Below are positions 18,907-27,981 of a stretch of DNA of 64,000 nucleotides, piece after piece (the stretch's first letter is position 1; the number at the start of each line of letters is the position of its first letter). Made by a program: the position numbers and the translations under genes. Origin of the DNA: an uncultured delta proteobacterium (GTDB lineage: Bacteria > Desulfobacterota > Binatia > Binatales > Binataceae); NCBI GenBank assembly GCA_963711565.1, contig CAVQEQ010000004.1, positions 832,001-896,000 of the forward strand, given 5' to 3'. The notes under the pieces were generated by a model. That model ran no database searches and was not told where the DNA came from. It was given only the letters and a program-made list of their open reading frames with translations.

Positions 18907-21096
18907 GTGGTTGAGGAAATCTCGATTGCGCAAGGTCCGGGCGGCCGAATCGCTCGCGAGCTTTTTTCACTGGCGCTGCTGGCCCTCGCGGCGTTCGGCA
19001 TCGTCAGCCTCGTCAGCGTCGATATCGGGCGGAGTCCCAACCTCGGCGGTCCGGTCGGCGCGGCGATCGCGGCGATGCTCGGCGGTGTTATCGGATACGA
19101 ATCGTACACGGCGATGATACTGGTTGCGTTGCTGGCGCAGCGCATATGGACCGGCGCGGGAATCGCGACGATAGCGCGCGAGATTGGCGGCGGCGCGCTT
19201 CTGATTCTCGCGCTCGCGACGGCGGGTGCGTTGTGGAATCTGCAGGACGCCAGGATGGGCGGCGAAGTGGGCGTGAATGTCGCCACTCAGCTCAACGACT
19301 CGATCAGCGTCGCGGGCGGCTTAATCGCGGTCGCGCTCGGATTTATCTGCGGGCTTGCATTGATGCTCAGGCGGGCGCCGACTGAGTTGCTCGCCGGAGT
19401 CGCCAATAAGATTCGCCCGCGCTCGCGCCGTGAAGAATTCGAACTTGCAGACGGCGCGCGAATTCCGTTCTCGCTGAGCGAAGGCGACGAAGTCGAAATT
19501 GACAACGACGGCGTCAACGGCCGGCCGACGCCGCTCAAGGTTAAGCTGCTCGATCTTCGCGAGAAGCGCGACAAGGTGGCAGCGTCGAAGCCGCGCCAGA
19601 AGGGCGCTTTCAAACTTCCGCCGCAGTCGCTGCTCGATCTGCCGCCCGCCGAGCATACGCAGGTGGACGAGGGCCAGCTCGAGCGGAGCGCGCGCGTGCT
19701 CGAGCAGAAACTCGCGGACTTCGGCGTCGAGGGGCGCGTCGTTGAGGTACAGCCCGGCCCGGTCGTCACGATGTACAAATTCGAGCCGGGCTCCGGAATC
19801 AAAGTCAGCCAGATTGTAAATCTGGCGGACGATCTCTCGATGGCTCTTAGAGCGGCCGCCGTGCGAATCCAGGCGCCTGTGCCGGGAGAGGCTGTGGTCG
19901 GGATCGAAGTGCCGAACAAAAAACGCGAACGCGTTTTCCTGCGCGAGATTCTTGAAGCGGACGAATTCTCCGCCGCGCAAAGCCAACTCACGATTGCGCT
20001 CGGCAAGGATATTGCGGGCCTGCCCGTGGCGGCCGACCTCGCCAAGATGCCTCATCTGCTGATCGCCGGCGCAACTGGAACGGGCAAGTCGGTTTCGCTC
20101 CACACGATGATCGCGTCGATTCTCTTCAACGCGACCGCCGACGACGTGCGCCTGATTCTCGTCGATCCGAAGATGCTCGAGTTGTCGGTGTACGAAAATA
20201 TTCCGCATCTGCTCGTGCCGGTCGTCGTCGATCCGCAGAAGGCCGCGTCCGCGCTGCTGTGGGCGACGCAGGAGATGGAGGGCCGCTACCTGCGGATGCG
20301 CGAGCTGGGCGTCCGCAATATCGACGGCTACAACCACGCGCTCGCGTCGGGCGCGTCGCTTGCGCAGCTCAAGATGGCGGGGCAGAGCGCGCCGGCGTCG
20401 GACGATCCCAATCAGCCGGCGGTCGGCGCGATCGAGCATCGCAAGCTGCCGAAGATCGTCATCGTCATCGACGAGCTGGCCGACTTGCTGCTGAGCGAGG
20501 GCAAGACCGTCGAGCGCGATATCACGAGGCTGGCGCAGAAGGCGCGCGCCGCCGGCATCCATCTTATACTCGCGACGCAGCGGCCGTCGGTTGACGTGAT
20601 CACCGGCCTTATCAAGGCGAACCTGCCGGCGCGAATCTCGTTGCAGGTGACCTCGCGCGTCGATTCGCGCACGATTCTCGATTCGATCGGCGCGGAACGC
20701 CTGCTCGGCGCGGGCGATATGCTGTTCATGCCGCCCGGCAGCGCGAAGCTGCGCCGCCTGCACGGGCCGTTCGTCGGCGAGCATGAGATTCGCAAGCTCA
20801 CCGATTTCCTGCGCGAGCAGGGCGCGCCCGAGTACCGCATGGAAATCCTCGACACCAAGCCGCCCGGCGAGGAGGGCGCCGACGGACTCGGTGGCGAGGC
20901 GCAGGACGAGATGTATGATGAGGCGGTGCGAATCGTGATGGAGACCAACCAGGCGTCGATCTCGATGATCCAGCGGCGCCTTCGAATCGGCTACAATCGC
21001 GCGGCGCGGATGGTCGAGCAGATGGAACGCGAAGGAATCGTGATGCCCGCCGACGGCGCCAAGCCGCGCGAAGTCCGCCTGCACAGCGCCCGATGA
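18907..21096 (+). CDS. ftsK: DNA translocase FtsK
   Basis: N-terminal TM segments, GATGTGKS, IDELAD, ATQRPS, gamma domain RIGYNRAAR; start uncertain. Confidence 0.96.
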   Translation: MVEEISIAQGPGGRIARELFSLALLALAAFGIVSLVSVDIGRSPNLGGPVGAAIAAMLGGVIGYESYTAMILVALLAQRIWTGAGIATIAREIGGGALLILALATAGALWNLQDARMGGEVGVNVATQLNDSISVAGGLIAVALGFICGLALMLRRAPTELLAGVANKIRPRSRREEFELADGARIPFSLSEGDEVEIDNDGVNGRPTPLKVKLLDLREKRDKVAASKPRQKGAFKLPPQSLLDLPPAEHTQVDEGQLERSARVLEQKLADFGVEGRVVEVQPGPVVTMYKFEPGSGIKVSQIVNLADDLSMALRAAAVRIQAPVPGEAVVGIEVPNKKRERVFLREILEADEFSAAQSQLTIALGKDIAGLPVAADLAKMPHLLIAGATGTGKSVSLHTMIASILFNATADDVRLILVDPKMLELSVYENIPHLLVPVVVDPQKAASALLWATQEMEGRYLRMRELGVRNIDGYNHALASGASLAQLKMAGQSAPASDDPNQPAVGAIEHRKLPKIVIVIDELADLLLSEGKTVERDITRLAQKARAAGIHLILATQRPSVDVITGLIKANLPARISLQVTSRVDSRTILDSIGAERLLGAGDMLFMPPGSAKLRRLHGPFVGEHEIRKLTDFLREQGAPEYRMEILDTKPPGEEGADGLGGEAQDEMYDEAVRIVMETNQASISMIQRRLRIGYNRAARMVEQMEREGIVMPADGAKPREVRLHSAR

Positions 21097-21127
21097 ATGT
21101 TTCCTCTCCCGGTCTGAACAACTCAGC

Positions 21128-21814
21128 ATGAACAGAATTTCGAATGCCCTTATTCCTGCGATCGCGCTGCTGCTCGCCATCGCCGCCCCCGCGCATTCCG
21201 AGACGATGGCTCCGGCTAGTCCGCCCGTCAGCAAAGACCTGAAACAGGTACTCGATCGCCTGCAACGTCACTACCGCGACACCAATTCGTTCTCGGCGAA
21301 GTTCAGCGAGGAGGTCACCACCGTCGGCGCGCCGGCACGCAAACGTCAGGGCACGGTTTCATTTCGTAAGCCCGGACGCATGCGATGGGAGTTTGAGGAT
21401 CCCGAAAAGCAAACGATTGTCAGCGACGGCGAGACACTCTACAGCTACGATCCCGATCTCAATCAGGTCGTGGAGACTCCGTTAAAGCAGGCGCTCAAGT
21501 CGAGCAGCGCAACGTCGTTCCTGCTCGGAATCGGCAATATCAACCGCGACTTCAAGGCGTCGTTCGCGAATCCCGCGACGCCGTCCGGTCTCATCGATCT
21601 GATCCTCGACGCGAAAACCGGCGGCTACAAGATCGAGGTGGGCCTCGATCCGCAGACGTACAATCTCGTGACGTTGACGCTTACCGACCAGCTCGGCGAC
21701 GTGACCAGAATCGACTTCAGCGACATCCATGACAATGTGGAACTGCCCGATTCGATTTTCGCTTACAAGGCGCCGGCCGGCGCGGACATCGTAACGGCGC
21801 CTGCCTCGCCCTGA
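21128..21814 (+). CDS. lolA: Outer-membrane lipoprotein carrier LolA
   Basis: Signal peptide; KPGRMRWE, IVSDG, YDPDLNQV; ftsK-lolA synteny. Confidence 0.9.
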   Translation: MNRISNALIPAIALLLAIAAPAHSETMAPASPPVSKDLKQVLDRLQRHYRDTNSFSAKFSEEVTTVGAPARKRQGTVSFRKPGRMRWEFEDPEKQTIVSDGETLYSYDPDLNQVVETPLKQALKSSSATSFLLGIGNINRDFKASFANPATPSGLIDLILDAKTGGYKIEVGLDPQTYNLVTLTLTDQLGDVTRIDFSDIHDNVELPDSIFAYKAPAGADIVTAPASP

Positions 21815-21924
21815 CGATCTGATACACTAAAAGCACGGTCGACGCGCTGAAGCCTCGGCCGCGATTGCCTCGCAGGTATGCGACGGGTATTTTTAAAAGC
21901 CCCTTAAGTTTCCCGGTTTTGTTA

Positions 21925-23265
21925 ATGGAAAAAGTTCACCTGCTCACCCTTGGATGCCCCAAGAATCTCGCCGACAGCGAGTTGATGCTTGGCGCGCTGA
22001 CCTCGGCCGGGTTCGAGATTACGCTCGATCCCGAAGAGGCGCAGGTGCTACTGGTGAATACTTGCGCGTTTATCGAGGCGGCCAAGAAGGAATCGATCGA
22101 CGCGATTCTCGAAGCGGCGGAGGTCAAGAAGCGCGGCTTCGGCAAGCGGCTGGTGGTCGCGGGATGTTTGTCTCAGCGCTACGCGACCGAGCTTGCCGCG
22201 ACGATGCCCGAGGTTGACGTGTTCGTGGGCACCGGCAACTTCCTGGATCTGCCCGAGCTGCTGCGGCGCACCGAAGCGCCCGAGTCGCGGCCGATTCCGT
22301 ATGCCGGCGCGGCTCATCTGCTGCCGACCTCGGCAATCCCGCGCGTCAAGACCGGAGATTTCTTCACGTCTTACTTGAAGATTTCCGAAGGCTGTAATCA
22401 CAAGTGCGCCTTCTGCATCATCCCGAAGATTCGCGGACTGCATGAGAGCCGCCCGCTCGCCGATCTCGTCGCCGAAGCGCGCAACCTCGCGGCCGGCGGC
22501 GTTCGCGAGATCAACTTGATCGCGCAGGATTTGACCGCATACGGACGCGACCTCGACCGGCCGTCTTCGCTGGCGCAATTGCTGCGCGAACTTTCGACTA
22601 TCGACGATCTCCGCTGGATTCGCCTGCTCTACTGCTATCCGAATTTCGTCACCGACGAGCTGCTCGATGCGATCGCGGAGCTGCCGAAGGTCGTCAAGTA
22701 TATCGACATGCCGTTGCAGCATGCCGACGACATGGTGCTGCGCGCGATGCGTCGCGAACGCTCGGGCGCGGCACTAGTCAAGCTGCTCGACCGCGTGCGC
22801 GATCGGATCCCGGGCGTCGTGCTGCGCACGTCGTTCATCGTCGGCTTCCCCGGCGAGACCGACGCCGCCTTCGAGCGCCTGGTGGATTTTGTCCGCAATG
22901 AGCAGTTCGATCGCGTCGGAGTGTTCACCTACTCGCGCGAAGAAAATACCGCCGCCTACGACATGTCGGACCAGGTGCCCGAGCGCGTCAAGCGCGCGCG
23001 GCGGGCGCGCCTGATGGCGACGCAGTCGGAAATTTCTCTCGCGAAAAATCGCGGATTGATCGGGCGCGAAGTCGAGGTGCTGGTCGAAGGTCCGATGCCG
23101 GGACGATCGACGCGGCTGCGCGCGCGGACCTCGGGCCAGGCGCCGGAAATCGACGGCTCGGTTTTTCTTGCGGGCGACGCGGAGCCGGGTGAGTTCGTCC
23201 GCGCGCGTATTGACAAGGCGCTCAGTTACGATCTGCATGCAACGGTCGCAGGCGCGGCCGCCTAA
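21925..23265 (+). CDS. rimO: Ribosomal protein S12 methylthiotransferase
   Basis: LGCPKN, NTCAFI, CNHKCAFC radical-SAM motif, APEIDG TRAM domain. Confidence 0.96.
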   Translation: MEKVHLLTLGCPKNLADSELMLGALTSAGFEITLDPEEAQVLLVNTCAFIEAAKKESIDAILEAAEVKKRGFGKRLVVAGCLSQRYATELAATMPEVDVFVGTGNFLDLPELLRRTEAPESRPIPYAGAAHLLPTSAIPRVKTGDFFTSYLKISEGCNHKCAFCIIPKIRGLHESRPLADLVAEARNLAAGGVREINLIAQDLTAYGRDLDRPSSLAQLLRELSTIDDLRWIRLLYCYPNFVTDELLDAIAELPKVVKYIDMPLQHADDMVLRAMRRERSGAALVKLLDRVRDRIPGVVLRTSFIVGFPGETDAAFERLVDFVRNEQFDRVGVFTYSREENTAAYDMSDQVPERVKRARRARLMATQSEISLAKNRGLIGREVEVLVEGPMPGRSTRLRARTSGQAPEIDGSVFLAGDAEPGEFVRARIDKALSYDLHATVAGAAA

Positions 23266-23287
23266 TATATTTGGAGTCTTAAATTAG

Positions 23288-23740
23288 ATGGCGAAGAATC
23301 CAGTTGCCGCGAACCGAAAGAAGTTCCTGGCCAAAGTGCGCGAACAACTGCTGGACACCAAGACCAAACTGCTCGGCGAGATCGATTCCGAGATGCGCGC
23401 CGAACGCGAAGGCAATAAGGACGAGGGGATGGACACCTACGACCTCGCGTCCGAGGAGCGCGATCGCGAGATCAACTTCATCCTGTCCGACCGCGAACGG
23501 GTCAAGCTCAAGCAAATCGACGACGCGCTCGAGCGCCTCGATGACGGCAGTTACGGCGTCTGCGAGTCGTGCGGATTGGAGATCGCCGAGGAACGCCTCG
23601 AAGCGATGCCGTTCTCGCGCTTGTGCCGGGATTGTCAGCAGGACGAAGAGCGCGAGGCAAAATCGCAGCGGCGACTCGACGACGAGCCCAATGCATATCG
23701 CAAAGTGGGTTCGACCGACGCCGACGACGATAGCGTCTAG
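23288..23740 (+). CDS. dksA: DksA/TraR C4 zinc-finger protein
   Basis: Coiled coil with DTYDLA; CESC…CRDC. Confidence 0.85.
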   Translation: MAKNPVAANRKKFLAKVREQLLDTKTKLLGEIDSEMRAEREGNKDEGMDTYDLASEERDREINFILSDRERVKLKQIDDALERLDDGSYGVCESCGLEIAEERLEAMPFSRLCRDCQQDEEREAKSQRRLDDEPNAYRKVGSTDADDDSV

Positions 23741-23858
23741 CCCCGGCGGCCATTGTTTACCGCGCTGCCCAAAACAGTCATCCTGATCAGAACATTTGCG
23801 CAAGATTCGCGGTCCTTAACGATCGTCAGGATCGCGGGGACGGGGCATCAGCCAGTTA

Positions 23859-24791
23859 ATGAGAATATTTTCCGACATTGATAACGACGGATCTGCCGAT
23901 CCAGCCGGCGTTCGCGAGCGCATTCGCGCCAATCTTTCCGGCGTCGGCGCGACGCTCGCGCTTGCGAGTGTTCGTGGCGGTGTCGGCAAGAGCATGCTCG
24001 CCGTGAACGTCGCGGCGGCGTTGGCGATGAAAGGACGCAAGGTCGTGATCGTCGATGCGGACCTGAATTCGCCCAGCATCAGCGCGATGCTCGGCATGAA
24101 ACCGCAGCGGCGGCTCCCGATGATCGAAGGAGTCGAGCCGGCTGCGGGACCGCATGGCCTGCGCGTAGTTTCGAGCGATCAGCTTCCCGGCGGTGAGGCG
24201 CCGCCGATCAGCTTTGTGCAGGATTACGATCAGGCCGACGGCAACGGCGCCGAGCCGTTCGCGCCGGCCCCGACACGTCCCGCTGAACTGAGCTATCGCG
24301 AGGCGCTGAGCCGAATCCTCTCGCACTCACAACTCGGAAGCGTCGATTTGCTGATAATCGATCTCGCGACCGGCCTCGATCGTTTATCCACGCTTGCGTC
24401 GATGGTCACTCTCGATGGTGTGCTCCTTCTGACTCATCCGTCGGCACAGGACACGAACGCCGCACGGAATGCGATGAAGATTGGACGCGCGATCGGCGCT
24501 CCGATAGTTGGCATCGTCGAGAACATGGTCGGCTTCAACTGCGATGGATGCCGCGCGGTTCGCCCGCTATTTCCGGAGGGCGATCTCAATGGAATCGCGC
24601 GCGAGGCAGCGGTGCCGATAGTCGGACGGCTCGCGTTTGAACCGCGGCTTGCGGACACCACCGATCGCGGTGTCCTGTTCGTGCGCGAGTACGTCGCTAC
24701 GCCTACCGGCAAAGTGCTCGCGGATGTTGCCAATCAGATAGATGCGATGATGATCGCGTCGCGCACGCGCGCGGCAGACACGCTCGGTTAG
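23859..24791 (+). CDS. Mrp/NBP35 (ApbC)-like P-loop NTPase, divergent
   Basis: RGGVGKS, DADLNSPS, GIVENM, CDGC. Confidence 0.85.
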   Translation: MRIFSDIDNDGSADPAGVRERIRANLSGVGATLALASVRGGVGKSMLAVNVAAALAMKGRKVVIVDADLNSPSISAMLGMKPQRRLPMIEGVEPAAGPHGLRVVSSDQLPGGEAPPISFVQDYDQADGNGAEPFAPAPTRPAELSYREALSRILSHSQLGSVDLLIIDLATGLDRLSTLASMVTLDGVLLLTHPSAQDTNAARNAMKIGRAIGAPIVGIVENMVGFNCDGCRAVRPLFPEGDLNGIAREAAVPIVGRLAFEPRLADTTDRGVLFVREYVATPTGKVLADVANQIDAMMIASRTRAADTLG

Positions 24792-24800
24792 CGCCGAACT

Positions 24801-26591
24801 TCAATCCGAATCGGAGTCGTCGTTCTCGTCGGCCGTCGTCAGCACGGAGTCGGCGACGCGTGAATATTCAAACATCCCGGAACCGCGATTAGCACCGATG
24901 CAGAAGCTCGCGAAGCCGAGTGACGTGTAGATGCGCGACTGCTCGGGCCCTGGGCGCGACAGCGGAATGAAGCATTCGACACTGCCGTCGATTTTGCACG
25001 ATGATCCGTCGGGGCGCGTCAACGACGCGTAAATGCGATGCGGCGGTTCTTCGACCGAAGGAGTCTCGATCGTGAGATCGCGCAGCTCGCACGGCGACCA
25101 TCCGCCGGCGTCGAGAATCCTCGCGCTCTGATTCGGCGTCGCGTCGTCGATTGCGATCGAGCGCGCTTCGAGCGCATGCGGCACGGCTTCATCTTCGAAG
25201 CACGCCCAGATCATCCGGCGCGCCGTGAATTTCTGCGGACCCAGTCCGGTAAACGACATTCCCGCGCGCGCAAATCCGTTGATCGTCCGCGCGACGCCCT
25301 GGATGCAAACCTTTCCCGAGACTCGGCCAAAAGCAACGCTCGACGACAGCGCGTCCGCGGCAGTGCCTGACGAAGTCAGGATCCGGTCGAACTCGAACTC
25401 ACCGCCGGCGCGATCGATTTCGAAGCGCATCTCGACCTCCGCGTTGCCGTCGAGCCGCCCGGAAGCCAGAGCGCGCTCGATGCTCAAGTACGCGGTGGCG
25501 TCGGGCACAATCACGGCGGGTCCGCGGAAAGCGAGTACGATCGATTCGCCCTCGCGCCGCAGCGAGAGCGGACCGTGAGTGACGGCGCCGGCGGAACGGG
25601 TCGGACGGCCTTCGGCGGTGAATAGTGCCGCGCGATGGCCATCGAACAGCATCATGATTCGCGCGCCCATGCCCGCGCCACCAACGTCGAAGCTCGCCAT
25701 CGCGCCGAAGTGCGCCGCAGGATCGTAAAATTCGATCCCGATACGGCCGGGCGCCGCGATTGTCCCCGCCGCACCAATTTCCGATTTAACGACGGGCGGC
25801 CGCGGCGCGCGATTTATCACGTTCGCGGAACGAATGACATGTGGATCGCCCTTTCCTGAAAAAGCTTCGGTGATCGCGTCTTCGCATCGCGCGCGCAACT
25901 CGCCCGGCATCCTGAGCGCGACCGACAGTTCGAGTTGGGCCGCATCGACGACCCCGCTCATCGCGATTTCAGAAATCGATCTCAGCGGCGCGTTCGGACT
26001 CTCGCGATGCCGCGCGGTGAAGGCCTGCAGCAGGTTCTGCAAACCGCCGCCCGGGTAGCGCATGCCGTAGGTCGGCTTGATTCCGTGCCTCTGCAGGCGT
26101 TCGGCGAGCCCGGCAAGGGGACCGTTGATAAAATCGTCGCATGCAGAGACGCAAGCGGAACCCGGCGGCCGCAGCTCGCCGCCCGAGTTTCGCAGTCCCA
26201 GCCCGAAGTCGAGGCGCGGCTCGATAATGTTCCAGCCATGGATGAGCAGCACTGTGACGCGCGCGTGACGCGCGACGATCGCGGCGACGCGATCCGCGAT
26301 CATCTCGAGTAGCCACGGTGCGTGCTCGATTATTTGCGAGAGGCGGTTGCAGTCGAGCCGATTGCGATCCATCGCGACGTTGATCAGCGCCGATGCGCCG
26401 AGCCGCGTCGCCAGTCCGCGCGTGATGTCCGCGGTATGAAGATCGTTGACCTTGGGATTGAGCAGCGAGCGCGTGCGCGGCTCGGCGCGGCCGCCGTGCG
26501 GCGCAATCAGGAGCAGGGGAGAATCGGCATCTATAACCTCGAGCCACGACTCGGAGGCTGCGGTTGCGGTATGAAGCCCGGATTCAGGCAT
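24801..26591 (-). CDS. Hypothetical two-domain protein (N-formylglutamate-amidohydrolase-like N-terminus plus beta-rich C-terminus)
   Basis: LLIAPHGG, ND..T, DCNR, IHG motifs; ends GSGMFEY; ATG abuts pcs stop. Confidence 0.75.
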   Translation of the reverse strand: MPESGLHTATAASESWLEVIDADSPLLLIAPHGGRAEPRTRSLLNPKVNDLHTADITRGLATRLGASALINVAMDRNRLDCNRLSQIIEHAPWLLEMIADRVAAIVARHARVTVLLIHGWNIIEPRLDFGLGLRNSGGELRPPGSACVSACDDFINGPLAGLAERLQRHGIKPTYGMRYPGGGLQNLLQAFTARHRESPNAPLRSISEIAMSGVVDAAQLELSVALRMPGELRARCEDAITEAFSGKGDPHVIRSANVINRAPRPPVVKSEIGAAGTIAAPGRIGIEFYDPAAHFGAMASFDVGGAGMGARIMMLFDGHRAALFTAEGRPTRSAGAVTHGPLSLRREGESIVLAFRGPAVIVPDATAYLSIERALASGRLDGNAEVEMRFEIDRAGGEFEFDRILTSSGTAADALSSSVAFGRVSGKVCIQGVARTINGFARAGMSFTGLGPQKFTARRMIWACFEDEAVPHALEARSIAIDDATPNQSARILDAGGWSPCELRDLTIETPSVEEPPHRIYASLTRPDGSSCKIDGSVECFIPLSRPGPEQSRIYTSLGFASFCIGANRGSGMFEYSRVADSVLTTADENDDSDSD

Positions 26592-27359
26592 TCAGATCGA
26601 CGCGGTCCGATTGGACTTTAGCGCGGCCCGCGCCTGGAGCACGAATGACGCAATGAAATAGTAAGCGATGTAACTCAGTCCGGCCCACAACATTATTCGG
26701 TTCACGATCGGCAGCATCAGCAGCGATGCGATCGTCAAAAATCCCCAGATGATTCCCAGCGTGAGCGTGATCGGGCGGAGCGGCACGGTCCGATTTGGAT
26801 AGATATATTTGAGCGGCATGAACACCATCACGCCGAGGATCAGAAGCACGGCGACGTTGAAGCCGGTGCCGCTGCCGAGACAGTAAAGATAAAACGCGAC
26901 GAGGTTCCAGTAATTCGGAAAGCCGAGGAAGTAGTGGTCCGGCGTTTTGGCTTCGGTATGGCAGAAGCCGTAAACGCTCGCGAGCATCACGAAGCACGCC
27001 AGCGCCAGGCCCCATCGCGAATCCGGGATGATCCCGGCCTCGAGCATCAGGAACACCGGCGCTACGGTGTAGGTCAGATAGTCGACGATATTGTCGAGCA
27101 GCGCGCCGTCGAAGGTCGGCACTCGAATCTTGACCATCAGCCACCGCGCGAGCGGGCCGTCGCTGCAATCGATGATCGTCGCCGCACCCATCGCCAGGAA
27201 CGACGCGCGGAAGTCGCCGCGCGAGGCGAAGAAGATCGCGAGCAGGCCAAGCGCCGCGCCGAGAGCGGTATATAGATGTACGCCCCACGCGCAGGCCGTG
27301 AGAAATTTCTGCCGTGGGACCATCCGCGGCAAACTTCCGGCTGCGCCTGATGAGGTCAA
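26592..27359 (-). CDS. pcs: Phosphatidylcholine synthase-like CDP-alcohol phosphatidyltransferase
   Basis: VHLYTALG, D..DG.LAR, DGALLDNIVDYLTY, FLGFPNYWN. Confidence 0.85.
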   Translation of the reverse strand: MTSSGAAGSLPRMVPRQKFLTACAWGVHLYTALGAALGLLAIFFASRGDFRASFLAMGAATIIDCSDGPLARWLMVKIRVPTFDGALLDNIVDYLTYTVAPVFLMLEAGIIPDSRWGLALACFVMLASVYGFCHTEAKTPDHYFLGFPNYWNLVAFYLYCLGSGTGFNVAVLLILGVMVFMPLKYIYPNRTVPLRPITLTLGIIWGFLTIASLLMLPIVNRIMLWAGLSYIAYYFIASFVLQARAALKSNRTASI

Positions 27360-27360
27360 G

Positions 27361-27900
27361 TCATTTGTCCGGCTTATAGTCGCGCGGCCCGAAGTACTCT
27401 TCGAGCACCGTCATGAACGGTCCGCATGCGCGATTCTTTTTCACGAGCTTCATCGCTTCTTCGAGAGACATTTGCCGATATGCGCGCAGAAACGCAATCG
27501 CCAGCGTCGGTGCGCGATTCATCCCGGCGTTGCAATGAAGATATACGCGCGAGCCGGAACCGACCAGGTCGCGAAGATCGTGCAGCGCCACTTCGAGCCG
27601 CTCGGCCATCGCGTCGGCGCTGCCATCCTGGATGGGCGTCCGCACGTAGTCGATTCCCTGCGCGTCATACGCCGCGCTCAGTTCCTTGTTGTCCAAGCCG
27701 TTCATGCGCAGATCGTCATCGTCTTGCAGATTGTGGACCGCGGTGATCCCGTAGGTGTCCTTCAGCCACGGGATATCGGCTTGACCGGGATACTCGCCGA
27801 CCAGCAATTCGTCTGAAATCACGCTGACCGACGGACGCCGGCCGCCCCGAGTCGGGCGCGGCGCGTGGTCGGCACGTTTGCTGAACCAATCAACCATCAT
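27361..27900 (-). CDS. Dual-specificity (PTP/DSP) phosphatase
   Basis: PIQD loop; VYLHCNAGMNRA. Confidence 0.9.
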   Translation of the reverse strand: MMVDWFSKRADHAPRPTRGGRRPSVSVISDELLVGEYPGQADIPWLKDTYGITAVHNLQDDDDLRMNGLDNKELSAAYDAQGIDYVRTPIQDGSADAMAERLEVALHDLRDLVGSGSRVYLHCNAGMNRAPTLAIAFLRAYRQMSLEEAMKLVKKNRACGPFMTVLEEYFGPRDYKPDK

Positions 27901-27981
27901 CCAAATGTAACCATCCGGCGGGCAAGTATTCCAGCGTCAGCTTGAGTGCCGGAGATGCGGCAGCGTTGGCGCGGGCGGGCA

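Noticed and set aside
18853-18907. Possible CTG start for ftsK overlapping the rnj stop
   Set aside because: In frame, but GGAGG is only 1 nt away; cannot be decided from sequence
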